A stretch of DNA of 58,070 bases, taken from positions 1-58,070 of the IMG/VR virus record IMGVR_UViG_3300021414_000003; one strand, given 5' to 3'. This stretch comes from a virus (lineage: Duplodnaviria; Caudoviricetes). The first letter of the stretch is position 1; the number at the start of each line of letters is the position of its first letter. The position numbers were made by a program, and so were the translations under genes. The notes under the pieces were generated by a model that worked only from the letters and a program-made list of their open reading frames with translations, did not search any database and was not told the DNA's origin. Shown in pieces: positions 45,954 through 54,845 of the stretch.

Positions 45954-46958
45954 GTGAAAACAGTTAAAAACCGGAAGCAGTTATATTATAAACAGGCTAA
46001 GTTTTCGTCTAAGACTTCCGATACCCTTCAGTTGCTTCTTGAAAAGGCGCTCAAGACCTTTAAGGTACCAGACAGGAGTCAAACCATTTATGAAACGCGA
46101 ACAACCCTAGAAGATAAGACTTCGCAGGAATGGCTGCGGTTGATAAACAGTCCTCGACTCGTTTCCGGCTTCCAGTGCGGAACCTTAGTCTCCTATTCCC
46201 CTGGAATGCATCATATGGTGATTTCTATCGCCAAGTCTAACGAGGATGAACTTGACGTTTCAAAGCACCCGCCTCCTGATGGCAAGCGGTTTATGGAAGC
46301 GCCGTTGTACTTCGCAGTCCGCGACAATCATGTGGTGATTCTGCAGTCCATGTCTTTGCGAGCTGATGCATTTGAATCTCATCTAAACTGGTTACTGCAA
46401 AAAACTGGCGGGTTGCATGCCGGTGAATCCGTGCGCCTCAGCGACGCAATCCCAGGGGAGATCAGACGAAAGATTAAGAACCGTGCGATTAAGAAAATAA
46501 CGTTACAGTCGCCGTTCTTTGAATCTCAGGCGAAGGATACTATTGAGCATCGTAGTGTAACAAGCTCTATAAAGGCTGCCGCCGGGAGAGGACTTGATAT
46601 TCTTAAAGGCATCATCCCTGCGGTGCAGTACGACAAACTCGTTGCACAAGATCTTACCGACGTTAGCGATATACAGTTGAACTTGGAAATCAAAGTGGTT
46701 GGGCGGCGGCGTTCTGACAATCACGATGAGCAAGCAATGCGGACACTTATGGATGCAATACGACATGTCGACGATCCAGATTTAGTGCGCGCTGAGGTCG
46801 AAGGTATCGGAACGATTAAAGGAAGCGAGTTAAGGGTTCACGACTATCGTAACATTAAGGTAATTGATGGCATTCTAGATACTGCCGATACTTATGACAC
46901 CATGTGCACATGGGTGATAAGTTTGGTTGACAATAACCGAATATCAGGCGACCATTGA
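45954..46958 (+). CDS. AT-rich soluble protein, candidate defence component A
   Basis: 334-aa ORF, GGAG SD, rex position. Confidence 0.8.
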   Translation: MKTVKNRKQLYYKQAKFSSKTSDTLQLLLEKALKTFKVPDRSQTIYETRTTLEDKTSQEWLRLINSPRLVSGFQCGTLVSYSPGMHHMVISIAKSNEDELDVSKHPPPDGKRFMEAPLYFAVRDNHVVILQSMSLRADAFESHLNWLLQKTGGLHAGESVRLSDAIPGEIRRKIKNRAIKKITLQSPFFESQAKDTIEHRSVTSSIKAAAGRGLDILKGIIPAVQYDKLVAQDLTDVSDIQLNLEIKVVGRRRSDNHDEQAMRTLMDAIRHVDDPDLVRAEVEGIGTIKGSELRVHDYRNIKVIDGILDTADTYDTMCTWVISLVDNNRISGDH

Positions 46959-46961
46959 TAT

Positions 46962-47534
46962 ATGAAATATTTAATGGCAGTCGTGGGCTCGGCAATTTCC
47001 TGGGGAATATACAAATATTTCCCCACTGCCTTTTCACAGCTCATTAAGGTTGCCGGTTTTTATGGTGGGGTGACTGCAATTCTTACGGTGCTTACAGCCG
47101 GCTGGGTCATCTGCCTTTCGAGGCTTTCGACATTTGAAAAGCTAGAGGATTTGCCAAGTGGTGGCCGAGACAGAATTATCGATTATGCCAAACGTTTACG
47201 CCGAAGAATATTGGGCACTATAACGTTAAATGTCGTTTTCGCTTTTTTGCTGTTTGTCGTCATTTTTTCCGCTCAGGTCGCCGCATTTAGTCAACTTAGC
47301 TTGGATTCAAAAATCGGATATATCATTTGTGCAACTTTGGGTTTTTGCTTAGGTGGCTCTTTAGATTCTTGGAGATGTTATAGCGCGATCGAAAGTACGA
47401 AAGAAGAGTTTATACTTGCACAAATAGAGTCAAAAGCAAGAAAAACCCTTCTTGAGAAGCTTAGAAAAGATGCTCAAGAAAAACCGGTTTCACGCGACGA
47501 CCCGCATTTGAATGGATATACCGAGAATTTTTAA
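46962..47534 (+). CDS. AT-rich multi-TM protein, candidate defence component B
   Basis: 3-4 hydrophobic segments, charged tail, 3 nt after component A. Confidence 0.8.
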   Translation: MKYLMAVVGSAISWGIYKYFPTAFSQLIKVAGFYGGVTAILTVLTAGWVICLSRLSTFEKLEDLPSGGRDRIIDYAKRLRRRILGTITLNVVFAFLLFVVIFSAQVAAFSQLSLDSKIGYIICATLGFCLGGSLDSWRCYSAIESTKEEFILAQIESKARKTLLEKLRKDAQEKPVSRDDPHLNGYTENF

Positions 47535-47602
47535 ATACGGAATCGCTCGAACGAGTTATAGGCTTTTTAGGTAACCCAGTTGGCATTCGGTATCGTGACC
47601 AT

Positions 47603-48013
47603 TCATTTCGCGCCATTAGTGCTGCCCTCAGAACTCACCCGGCGCCTCGCATAGCGTCGCGCTGCCCGCAGCGTAAGGCCGAAAAACGATTTCGCCTCAG
47701 TTTTTCCATCTGCCTTTCCACCTGCAGTGATGTTGCGCTTGTCTCGGGGGCCTTCGCAGATGACTAGCCCTTTATCCCGCCGAACCCCATTCAGGCCGCG
47801 CTGCGCCTTCTCAGCCGTTGATGATTTCGCGCGCCCGATTTTTTCCAGCAGCGCGTCGAGCATGTCCTGCGTGATCGGCGCTACGCCATGCCTGTGCGCC
47901 CATCCTTTCTGCAATGGGTACGGCACTCCGAATACCTCCGCCTCGATGCGCGTCAGCGCTTTGACGGATCCCCGCTTCTCTAGGTAGACCTCGAGGGTCA
48001 GACTTTCGGGCAT
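47603..48013 (-). CDS. Basic hypothetical protein downstream of structured element
   Basis: 136 aa, K/R-rich; KALTRIEAEVFGVPYPLQKGW. Confidence 0.7.
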   Translation of the reverse strand: MPESLTLEVYLEKRGSVKALTRIEAEVFGVPYPLQKGWAHRHGVAPITQDMLDALLEKIGRAKSSTAEKAQRGLNGVRRDKGLVICEGPRDKRNITAGGKADGKTEAKSFFGLTLRAARRYARRRVSSEGSTNGAK

Positions 48014-48385
48014 TTTCGGGCCTTTTTTCTTTGCACCTTGTATAGGTACTGTTGACGTTCTTGTTCTTGGCTGTTCAGAGAGGCTGTTCAGCTTTTAGGG
48101 TTTCGAATTATCCCAGCGGAGCCTCGGTTCCAGAGCGGCACCCTCCCTAAAGGCCAGTCAAAAAAGACTCGCCTTCGTGGTGAGCGCCTGCATCCCTTGC
48201 TTTCGCACTTCGGACACTTTCGCTTGTTCGCAGACTTCCCAGGTGTTTCCACCTGTCCCCCGGCGCGCTCTACGACCTACCACCCACGCTTTGCCCCTGC
48301 CGGACGTCCTTGGCTCTTAGTCCTGGACGTCGGCGGTTTCCCCTCCCTACCCCAGGCTTGCAATCAACCGAACTCGGCCGATGGG
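48014..48385 (-). ncRNA. Candidate large structured RNA (or structured origin)
   Basis: Several GAAA-capped stems, long-range complementarity, purine-rich minus strand, upstream TACAAT -10. Confidence 0.6.
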
Positions 48386-48388
48386 GCA

Positions 48389-48455
48389 ATTGTACCTAAA
48401 TATTTAGGTATGCCGAAATAAATCTGTTGATTTTCTTTTAGGTGTACCTAATAAT
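48389..48455. promoter_or_regulatory. OL operators with pL and a divergent promoter
   Basis: TTAGGTATGCCGAA (48404-17), TTAGGTGTACCTAA (48438-51); plus strand TTGATT-17-AATAAT; minus strand TTCGGC-17-TACAAT. Confidence 0.8.
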
Positions 48456-48493
48456 GGAGCCACACGAAGCGAACTCACCAGCAGGAGCCAGCG

Positions 48494-48658
48494 ATGCCGC
48501 AGACCAGCAACCGACCTACAAACGAACAGGTGCGCAGCTGGATGCAACAGCGCCAGGCAGACAGATCGCCTCCGCCGGCACCGGAGGAAATCCGGAGGCA
48601 GTTGGGCTGGGGACTGGTTGAGGCAGAGCGGCAGGCAACCGGGCAGGGAAAACGATGA
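48494..48658 (+). CDS. First pL gene, 54-aa protein
   Basis: AGGAG SD; MPQTSNRPTNEQVRSWMQQRQ...PPP.PEEIRRQLGWGL; not in ORF track. Confidence 0.7.
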   Translation: MPQTSNRPTNEQVRSWMQQRQADRSPPPAPEEIRRQLGWGLVEAERQATGQGKR

Positions 48659-49788
48659 AGACCACAAAACCACAGGGGAACCACATGGAAAAGCAGGAAG
48701 CTGCAGCGGCACCCGCCGAGCAAGAAACGATCACCTCATACAAGGGGTTCGACAGCAATTGGCAATGCCGCGGCTTCCAGTACGCGCTCGGTCAGACCGT
48801 GGTTCACGATGGCGACGTCGAGGCCTGTGCATCGGGCTTCCATGCATGCGAGTACCCGCTCGACGTCTTCAGCTACTACGAGCCGTCCACCAGCAAGTTC
48901 GCCGTGGTCGAGCAGTCGGGCCAATTGAGCCGCCATAGCGACGACACGAAGGTGGCTAGCAAGACGCTGACCGTGAAAGCCGAAATCAACCTGCCAGGCC
49001 TGATCAAGGCGGCGATCGAATACACGGTCAAGCGCTGCGCACCGATCGACAAGGCTTCGCCGGCATATTCCGAGAGCGAGCGTGGCGCGGCCAGCAGCAC
49101 CGGCTACGGTGGCGCGGCCAGCAGCACCGGCTACGGTGGCGCGGCCAGCAGCACCGGCACCCGTGGCGCGGCCAGCAGCACCGGCGACGGTGGCGCGGCC
49201 AGCAGCACCGGCTACGGTGGCGCGGCCAGCAGCACCGGCGACGGTGGCGCGGCCAGCAGCACCGGCTACGGTGGCGCGGCCAGCAGCACCGGCTACGGTG
49301 GCGCGGCCAGCAGCACCGGCGACGGTGGCGCGGCCAGCAGCACCGGCTACGGTGGCGCGGCCAGCAGCACCGGCGACGGTGGCGCGGCCAGCAGCACCGG
49401 CTACGGTGGCGCGGCCAGCAGCACCGGCGACGGTGGCGCGGCCAGCAGCACCGGCTACGGTGGCGCGGCCAGCAGCACCGGCTACGGTGGCGCGGCCAGC
49501 AGCACCGGCGACGGTGGCGCGGCCAGCAGCACCGGCTACGGTGGCGCGGCCAGCAGCACCGGCTACGGTGGCGCGGCCAGCAGCACCGGCAAGCACGCGG
49601 TCGCGATGGCGTGCGGCTACGAAGGCCGGGCAATGGCTGGCGAAACCGGCGCGATCGTGCTGGCTCACCGTAACGATGACGGCGTCCTGGTGCACATCCG
49701 TGCGAGCAAAGTCGGTGAGAACGGCATCAAGGCAGGCGCCTGGTACCAACTCAACGTCGACGGTCAATTCGTGGAGTGCGCAGCGTGA
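48655..49788 (+). CDS. Phage protein with conserved N-terminal domain and 9-aa tandem repeat
   Basis: YKGFD...CRGFQY..G...C.SGFHACE.PLDVF.YY; GAASSTG-x-G repeats; VGENGIK...WY.L. Confidence 0.88.
   Translation: MKTTKPQGNHMEKQEAAAAPAEQETITSYKGFDSNWQCRGFQYALGQTVVHDGDVEACASGFHACEYPLDVFSYYEPSTSKFAVVEQSGQLSRHSDDTKVASKTLTVKAEINLPGLIKAAIEYTVKRCAPIDKASPAYSESERGAASSTGYGGAASSTGYGGAASSTGTRGAASSTGDGGAASSTGYGGAASSTGDGGAASSTGYGGAASSTGYGGAASSTGDGGAASSTGYGGAASSTGDGGAASSTGYGGAASSTGDGGAASSTGYGGAASSTGYGGAASSTGDGGAASSTGYGGAASSTGYGGAASSTGKHAVAMACGYEGRAMAGETGAIVLAHRNDDGVLVHIRASKVGENGIKAGAWYQLNVDGQFVECAA
49084..49590 (+). repeat. 27-bp coding tandem repeat, 18 full units plus one 21-bp core
   Basis: GGCGCGGCCAGCAGCACCGGC + (TAC/GAC)GGT; one unit has ACCCGT. 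Confidence 0.98.
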
Positions 49789-49888
49789 AAAAGAAATACG
49801 TCGCCCAGGACCGCGCTGTCAACTGCGTGATCGCCGCCGGCATCGCGGCTGTGGCCTACGGCCTGATTCAAGCCTTCGGGAGCTGATC

Positions 49889-50305
49889 ATGACGACCTGG
49901 ACCCAGAAGTACCTAAAGGAAGCGATCGCCGACGAGATCGAGCTGGCCGCGCTGCTCAATTACGGAAAGCTGGTCCGACCACCGGCGCCGACGATGTACA
50001 CGCTGCTGCAGCGCGCTGGCGGCCCGCGCACCGCTCGCGGCGCCCTGGGCTCCGGTGGAGACGCTGGCACTTCGGCGATCCCGATGTGGCGCCGTAACTG
50101 GGGCGCTGCCGGGTCGCTGATCTCGCGCCTCTGCCTGCAGATCAGGCACGACATGGACGAGCGCACCGTTTCGGTTGGTGCAAGCGATAGGCGCCGCAGC
50201 GTCACCGAAGCCTATGCGGACCATCCGTCGGCCGATGCTGCGATCTGGGCCGCGGTCGTGCGCGCTTCGATCCAGCTGCTGACCGAGATGCGCGACGCCA
50301 CCTGA
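49889..50305 (+). CDS. Hypothetical protein (NinX-like C-terminal part)
   Basis: GGGAG SD before MTTWTQKYL; P.W.RNW.AAG.L. Confidence 0.65.
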   Translation: MTTWTQKYLKEAIADEIELAALLNYGKLVRPPAPTMYTLLQRAGGPRTARGALGSGGDAGTSAIPMWRRNWGAAGSLISRLCLQIRHDMDERTVSVGASDRRRSVTEAYADHPSADAAIWAAVVRASIQLLTEMRDAT

Positions 50306-50554
50306 CCATGATCCTGGCGCCCCTGACCGCCTGCCGCGTCCTCTACTGGCTACTGCCAGCGCCGTATGCCGACGGCGAATATGAGGTGGCAGGTTTGATC
50401 GAACGGCCTCTGCAACTTGAGTATGGCTAGATCACGCGCTTACAGGCCGGCATGCCGGTAAGCGCGCCCACCAGCAGCACTTAGAGCCCCACGCGATGGG
50501 GCTTTATCACTGAGAGGGTCACACCGGCCCCGAACATAACCAAGGGAGAGCGCC

Positions 50555-50957
50555 ATGCACCTGCGAATCACGGTCCGCGACGAAAACGACCGACCAGAGA
50601 CCTACACCGCTATCGGCGATCCAGCGGCGCTAGAGGCTGCGGCCTATGACGCCGGCGCCGTCGGCGTGACCGTGATGGTGATCGCATGAACCGCGCGCAG
50701 ACAGCCCCGGCCGCGGCGGTGCCGGTCGTGAGCGAGCGCGAGATTCAGGCCGGCATGGTGTCGTACGCGGTCGAGTGCATCGCTGCAGTTGGCCTGGTGG
50801 TCCTGATCTTTCTGACGAAGGTGGCCGCGTGATCCGCCGCGCCGCTACGGCACTCGTCGCCGTCCTGGCCCTCTTGATCCTCCTGGCCGAAGTGCAGCGC
50901 GCTGACGATGCGGCCGCCGACCAGTTCGCCCAGCACCACCTGGCCGCACGCCAATAA
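50555..50957 (+). CDS. Three coupled mini-genes (50555-50689, 50686-50832, 50829-50957)
   Basis: SD then ATGA/GTGA overlaps; the last two have single TM segments. Confidence 0.6.
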
Positions 50958-50977
50958 CGAAAACACGAAGGAACTCA

Positions 50978-51871
50978 ATGTTCAAGAATCTCCAGTTGTA
51001 CCGCCTCCCCGCCCCATGGCCGATGACCGCCGCGACGCTCGAGCAGGCGATCACCCCGCAGGCCTTCACGCCGGCGTCGAGCAACGAGCTTTCGCGCCAG
51101 GGCTGGGTGGCGCCGCGCGACGGTGGCGACCTGGTACACAACGTCGCCGGCCAGTTCCTTCTGACGCTCAAAATTGAGAAGAAGGTGATGCCGGCCGCCG
51201 CGGTGGATGCCGTGGCGAAGGCGAAAGCCGCCGAGATGGAAGAGCAGCAAGGCTTCCCGCCCGGGAAGAAGGCGATGAAGGACCTGAAGGAGCGCGCCGC
51301 CGAAGAGATGCTGCCGCGCGCGTTCACGATCCCGTCCCATACGAGCATCTGGATCGACCCGATCAACGGCTGGCTGGCGGTCGACGCTGCGAGCCCCGCC
51401 AAAGCCGACGACGTCGTGAAGATGCTGCTCAAGACGGTCGACCGCATGCCGCTCGAATCGCTGCGCGTGCAGAGATCCCCGGTAGCGGTAATGACGGGCT
51501 GGCTGGAAACCGATGAGGCGCCGGCCGGCTTCACGGTCGACCAGGACACCGAGCTGCGCGCCACCGGTGAAAGCCGCGCCGCGGTGCGCTTCGTGAAGCA
51601 CTCCCTGGATCCTGCTGACGTCGGTCGCCACATCGCCGCCGGCAAGCAGTGCACGCGCCTGGCGATGACCTGGAACAGTCGGATCTCGTTCGTACTGACC
51701 GAATCACTGGCGATCAAGAGCATCAAGCCGCTCGACATCCTGAAGGAGGGTGCGCCGGGCGGGGCGAACGACGTCGAGCGCTTCGACAACGACTTCGCCC
51801 TGATGGCCGGTGAATACGCGCAGATGCTGGCCGACCTGGTCGAGGCCCTGGGCGGCGAGGTACGCCCGTGA
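50978..51871 (+). CDS. rdgC: Recombination-associated protein RdgC
   Basis: MFKNLQLYRL, GWV.P, LPRAF, GKQCTRLAMTW, FD.DF.LM.GE. Confidence 0.95.
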   Translation: MFKNLQLYRLPAPWPMTAATLEQAITPQAFTPASSNELSRQGWVAPRDGGDLVHNVAGQFLLTLKIEKKVMPAAAVDAVAKAKAAEMEEQQGFPPGKKAMKDLKERAAEEMLPRAFTIPSHTSIWIDPINGWLAVDAASPAKADDVVKMLLKTVDRMPLESLRVQRSPVAVMTGWLETDEAPAGFTVDQDTELRATGESRAAVRFVKHSLDPADVGRHIAAGKQCTRLAMTWNSRISFVLTESLAIKSIKPLDILKEGAPGGANDVERFDNDFALMAGEYAQMLADLVEALGGEVRP

Positions 51872-52071
51872 GCCGCCAGGGATACGCGCCGCGGCCCCGC
51901 GCCGGCACTGATGCGAATGGAATGACCGCTGAAGACCGCGAGGCAGTGCGCAACCACCGCACGCGCGTGCTCGGTGGCGGCCTGATCTCGAAGCGCTACC
52001 GCCAGGACATGAGCGACATCACTAATTCGGCGCCGGAAACGAAGACGCCAGCCCCAGCCAACGACAAATAA
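51868..52071 (+). CDS. Hypothetical protein
   Basis: GTGA-coupled to rdgC. Confidence 0.55.
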   Translation: MSRQGYAPRPRAGTDANGMTAEDREAVRNHRTRVLGGGLISKRYRQDMSDITNSAPETKTPAPANDK

Positions 52072-52098
52072 AACCTAGACCACGAGCCGAGAGAACCC

Positions 52099-53214
52099 AT
52101 GGACACTATCGACACCAACGAAGCACCAAAGCGCCGCATCGAGGACCACACGCCAGACGCCACCCTCGACTGGACGAAGCCAGGCGCGCCGGCAATACCT
52201 GTAGCAGCGGTTGCGGCCGCGCGAGTCCCGTTGCGCGCGGTGGCGTCGATGTGCGTGAAGAATGGCGAAATCTCGGTCTTCCCTACCCCGGCTGCGAAGG
52301 ATCTGGCGCCAGGGCACTACATGCTGTCGGCGTCGGCCGTCGAGCGGGCGCAGAGCCCAGTGACCGGTACGGCTGCCCCTGCCGCGCCAGCCGTGCCGCA
52401 CCAATACCGCAAGCTGACGAGCGAACTGACGTTGAAGGAGCTGGCCGCCGAGTTCTTCGCCGTGTCCGCGCTGGGCGGCGAAGCGGTCATTTCGGCCGGC
52501 GTGTGCCAAAAGCTTTTCGAGGCCATGACCACCGCGCCAGCCGTGCCGGTCATCGATGCGCCGCGCGTTGAGAATCGGATCGTGATAACGCTGCGGCAGG
52601 CGCACGAGCTGGTGAAGTTCTTCGGCGGGCACGATGCCGAGGTTACCGTTGCTGCACCGCTCCCTGCATGGGGCGAAATGGCACCGGGCCTGTACGCCTA
52701 CTGCACGGATTATCCGGAGGAAGGGTCGGATTACCTCGGCCCTACCGAGGTTGACGACGATTTGAGTTCACTGGGTGAGCGTGGGCGCAAGGCACGAGCG
52801 GCGCTTGCGGCTCTGCCGATTGCACGCCAGGCGCAGCCGACCGACCTCTCGAAGCGTTTGCGCGCTAAGGCAAGCCAGCCATTCGGGCCGGAAGACTTTG
52901 CGCTGCTGACGCAAGCCGCCGAGGAAATCGAGCGTTACTACGGCGGCATGATGGCATGGAAGCGGACGGCCGAGAAGAAGGATCGAGACTGGAGCGAGGC
53001 ACGCATGGCGCGCGAGAACGACCGTGCAGCCGCTCGAGCGCAGCCGACCGACCGCGATGCCGTGCTCGATTTGGCATTAGCGGCTATCGAAGCTGAGCGA
53101 ATCGCAGCTGTTGGCGAGGGGACGCTTTGCTATAACGAAGGGATCAGCGATGCCCTCAAGGTTGTTCACGCCCTGAAGTCTGGCGGGAGCACTACAGAAG
53201 GAGCGGCATCGTGA
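52099..53214 (+). CDS. Modular hypothetical protein
   Basis: 371 aa; Ala/Pro linkers. Confidence 0.7.
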   Translation: MDTIDTNEAPKRRIEDHTPDATLDWTKPGAPAIPVAAVAAARVPLRAVASMCVKNGEISVFPTPAAKDLAPGHYMLSASAVERAQSPVTGTAAPAAPAVPHQYRKLTSELTLKELAAEFFAVSALGGEAVISAGVCQKLFEAMTTAPAVPVIDAPRVENRIVITLRQAHELVKFFGGHDAEVTVAAPLPAWGEMAPGLYAYCTDYPEEGSDYLGPTEVDDDLSSLGERGRKARAALAALPIARQAQPTDLSKRLRAKASQPFGPEDFALLTQAAEEIERYYGGMMAWKRTAEKKDRDWSEARMARENDRAAARAQPTDRDAVLDLALAAIEAERIAAVGEGTLCYNEGISDALKVVHALKSGGSTTEGAAS

Positions 53215-53558
53215 AAAAACGCTACACCGTCACCTATGACTGGAATTTCGACATGGTTGTCGAGATTGACCACGAGGTATGCAAGGACGAGCTGCTGCAT
53301 GAAATCAATAAGTTCTGGTCGGATGCTGACTGGCGTCTGGGCCAGGCTGACGGGAACATTCTGAACGCGGTGCTGAAGCTGATGGCGCAAATGGCGTTCC
53401 GCCTGAACATTTCGGACTGGCGCGATACCGCCTCGCTGCTGAAAAAGTCCGAGACATGCCCTGAAGGCTGGCCGGTGCTCGACGGATCGGCCGGCATCAC
53501 CCTGGTAAGCATCGATGACTTTGAGTTCGATGCCGACGAATTCACCATCAAGGACTGA
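53211..53558 (+). CDS. DUF2528-like protein
   Basis: K.Y.V.YDW...VEIDH...L.EIN.FWS...EGWP..DGS.GI. Confidence 0.75.
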   Translation: MKKRYTVTYDWNFDMVVEIDHEVCKDELLHEINKFWSDADWRLGQADGNILNAVLKLMAQMAFRLNISDWRDTASLLKKSETCPEGWPVLDGSAGITLVSIDDFEFDADEFTIKD

Positions 53559-53561
53559 ACC

Positions 53562-54845
53562 ATGACCGACACTACCCAACCAGGGGCCGACAACGCCCTA
53601 GACCTCGACAAGCTGGAAGCACTGTTGAGCGCAGCAACGCCGGGGTCATGGGACTACCGCGAAGCCGATGGGATTTCGGCTATCGCGCACCCGCTCGGCT
53701 GGGTACTTGAATCTGGCGATGAGCAAGAGTGTGCCGACAAGCGCTTCATCGTCGCCGCCAAGAACGCGATGCCAGCCCTTATCGCTTTGGCCCGCCGCGC
53801 CGCGCAGCCTGTAAGGGCAAAGCCATTTCCCACGCCTGATGAGGGCTACGAGCGGCAGTGGTTGAAATGCCGCACCTGCGGGCACCTGCAATACTACGAC
53901 TACATTCCGTACTCGCTGAGCAATCCCATCATGACGACCGCGTGCGGCCACGGTTCGGGCGAGCGCGATTATGGATGCGACCGAATCAGCGAGGACAAGG
54001 CGCGCAGTGCGTGGGTCGCCACCCATCCCTCCGAGCCTGCCGTGCCTGCTGTGGGCAGCGCAGCGCCGGTATCGAGCGACCTGTCTGCCGCACATCATGC
54101 CTTGTTCAACGCAGTACGGTTCCTTCTGACCGCTTCGGTTCCGGTGACCCGCCAGCAAGACGAATGCTGGCCCGGCTTGAAATCCGCGTTCGACGCATGC
54201 CAGCAGGCCCTCGCAGCAGTAGCTGCCGCCAAGGCTGCACCTGTGGGCGGCGCACTGGTGGCGATGCCCGACCTGTTGCCGCCGATGGGCATCCGTAACG
54301 ACCGCGACATGCTGAACTACCTGATGGTGGCTTTCGACAACGAAATTGGCACCTGTGAACGCTGCGGCCATTCGGAGCCGACGAAGAACATGGACAGCGC
54401 TGGCTTCCTGCGCGAATACCTCCGCGCCGCCCCTGCTGGCGCACTGGTGGCGAGCGATGAGGATGCGGCGTTTGAAGCGTGGGCCGTTTCGAGCTGCGAC
54501 GAGGAAATCTGCAAGCCGCGCACCATCGGCGGCAGGTCGGCGGGATGGGTCTTCAGCGACCGCGCCCGCACGGCATGGAAGGCCCGCGCCAGTCTCGCCG
54601 CCCCAACAGGGAGCGCAGCGGCACCAGCAGACCTGACGAAGCGGCGCATTGAGCAGATCGGCTGGTCTTTGCGCATGCAGGCTTTTGAGAACGCCGTTTT
54701 CCGCGCTGACCACGGCCAGCAGATGACTAGCCCCGAACAGGACGAGTACAACCAGATCGTCAACTTCGCGCGGGCCATCGCATCCGAGGTGCGAGCCCAA
54801 TTCATCGCCACCAGTCAGCCTATCCCTACCGGAGAAAAAGCATGA
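53562..54845 (+). CDS. Modular Ead/Ea22-like protein
   Basis: L.ALL.AATPG.W...D..FI.AA...ALI N-terminal module; Zn-finger-like modules. Confidence 0.7.
   Translation: MTDTTQPGADNALDLDKLEALLSAATPGSWDYREADGISAIAHPLGWVLESGDEQECADKRFIVAAKNAMPALIALARRAAQPVRAKPFPTPDEGYERQWLKCRTCGHLQYYDYIPYSLSNPIMTTACGHGSGERDYGCDRISEDKARSAWVATHPSEPAVPAVGSAAPVSSDLSAAHHALFNAVRFLLTASVPVTRQQDECWPGLKSAFDACQQALAAVAAAKAAPVGGALVAMPDLLPPMGIRNDRDMLNYLMVAFDNEIGTCERCGHSEPTKNMDSAGFLREYLRAAPAGALVASDEDAAFEAWAVSSCDEEICKPRTIGGRSAGWVFSDRARTAWKARASLAAPTGSAAAPADLTKRRIEQIGWSLRMQAFENAVFRADHGQQMTSPEQDEYNQIVNFARAIASEVRAQFIATSQPIPTGEKA

Noticed and set aside
48014-48390. Upstream coding extension of 47603..48013, or plus-strand ORF 48197..48421
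   Set aside because: An in-frame TAA lies 28 codons upstream of the ATG; the plus-strand ORF has a TTG start, no SD and runs into the operators
49084-49590. CRISPR array
   Set aside because: Units are contiguous with only 6 nt between cores, lie in frame within a CDS, and no cas genes are present
48655-49788. Ice-nucleation protein
   Set aside because: The GYG and ST content is reminiscent, but the period is 9 aa rather than 8/16/48 and the flanking domains are those of a phage early protein
48736-50305. Long alternative-frame ORFs across the repeat (49082..50305 +, 48736..49767 -, 49028..49633 -)
   Set aside because: Open only because the 27-bp unit lacks stops in those frames; the downstream gene has its own SD and ATG at 49889
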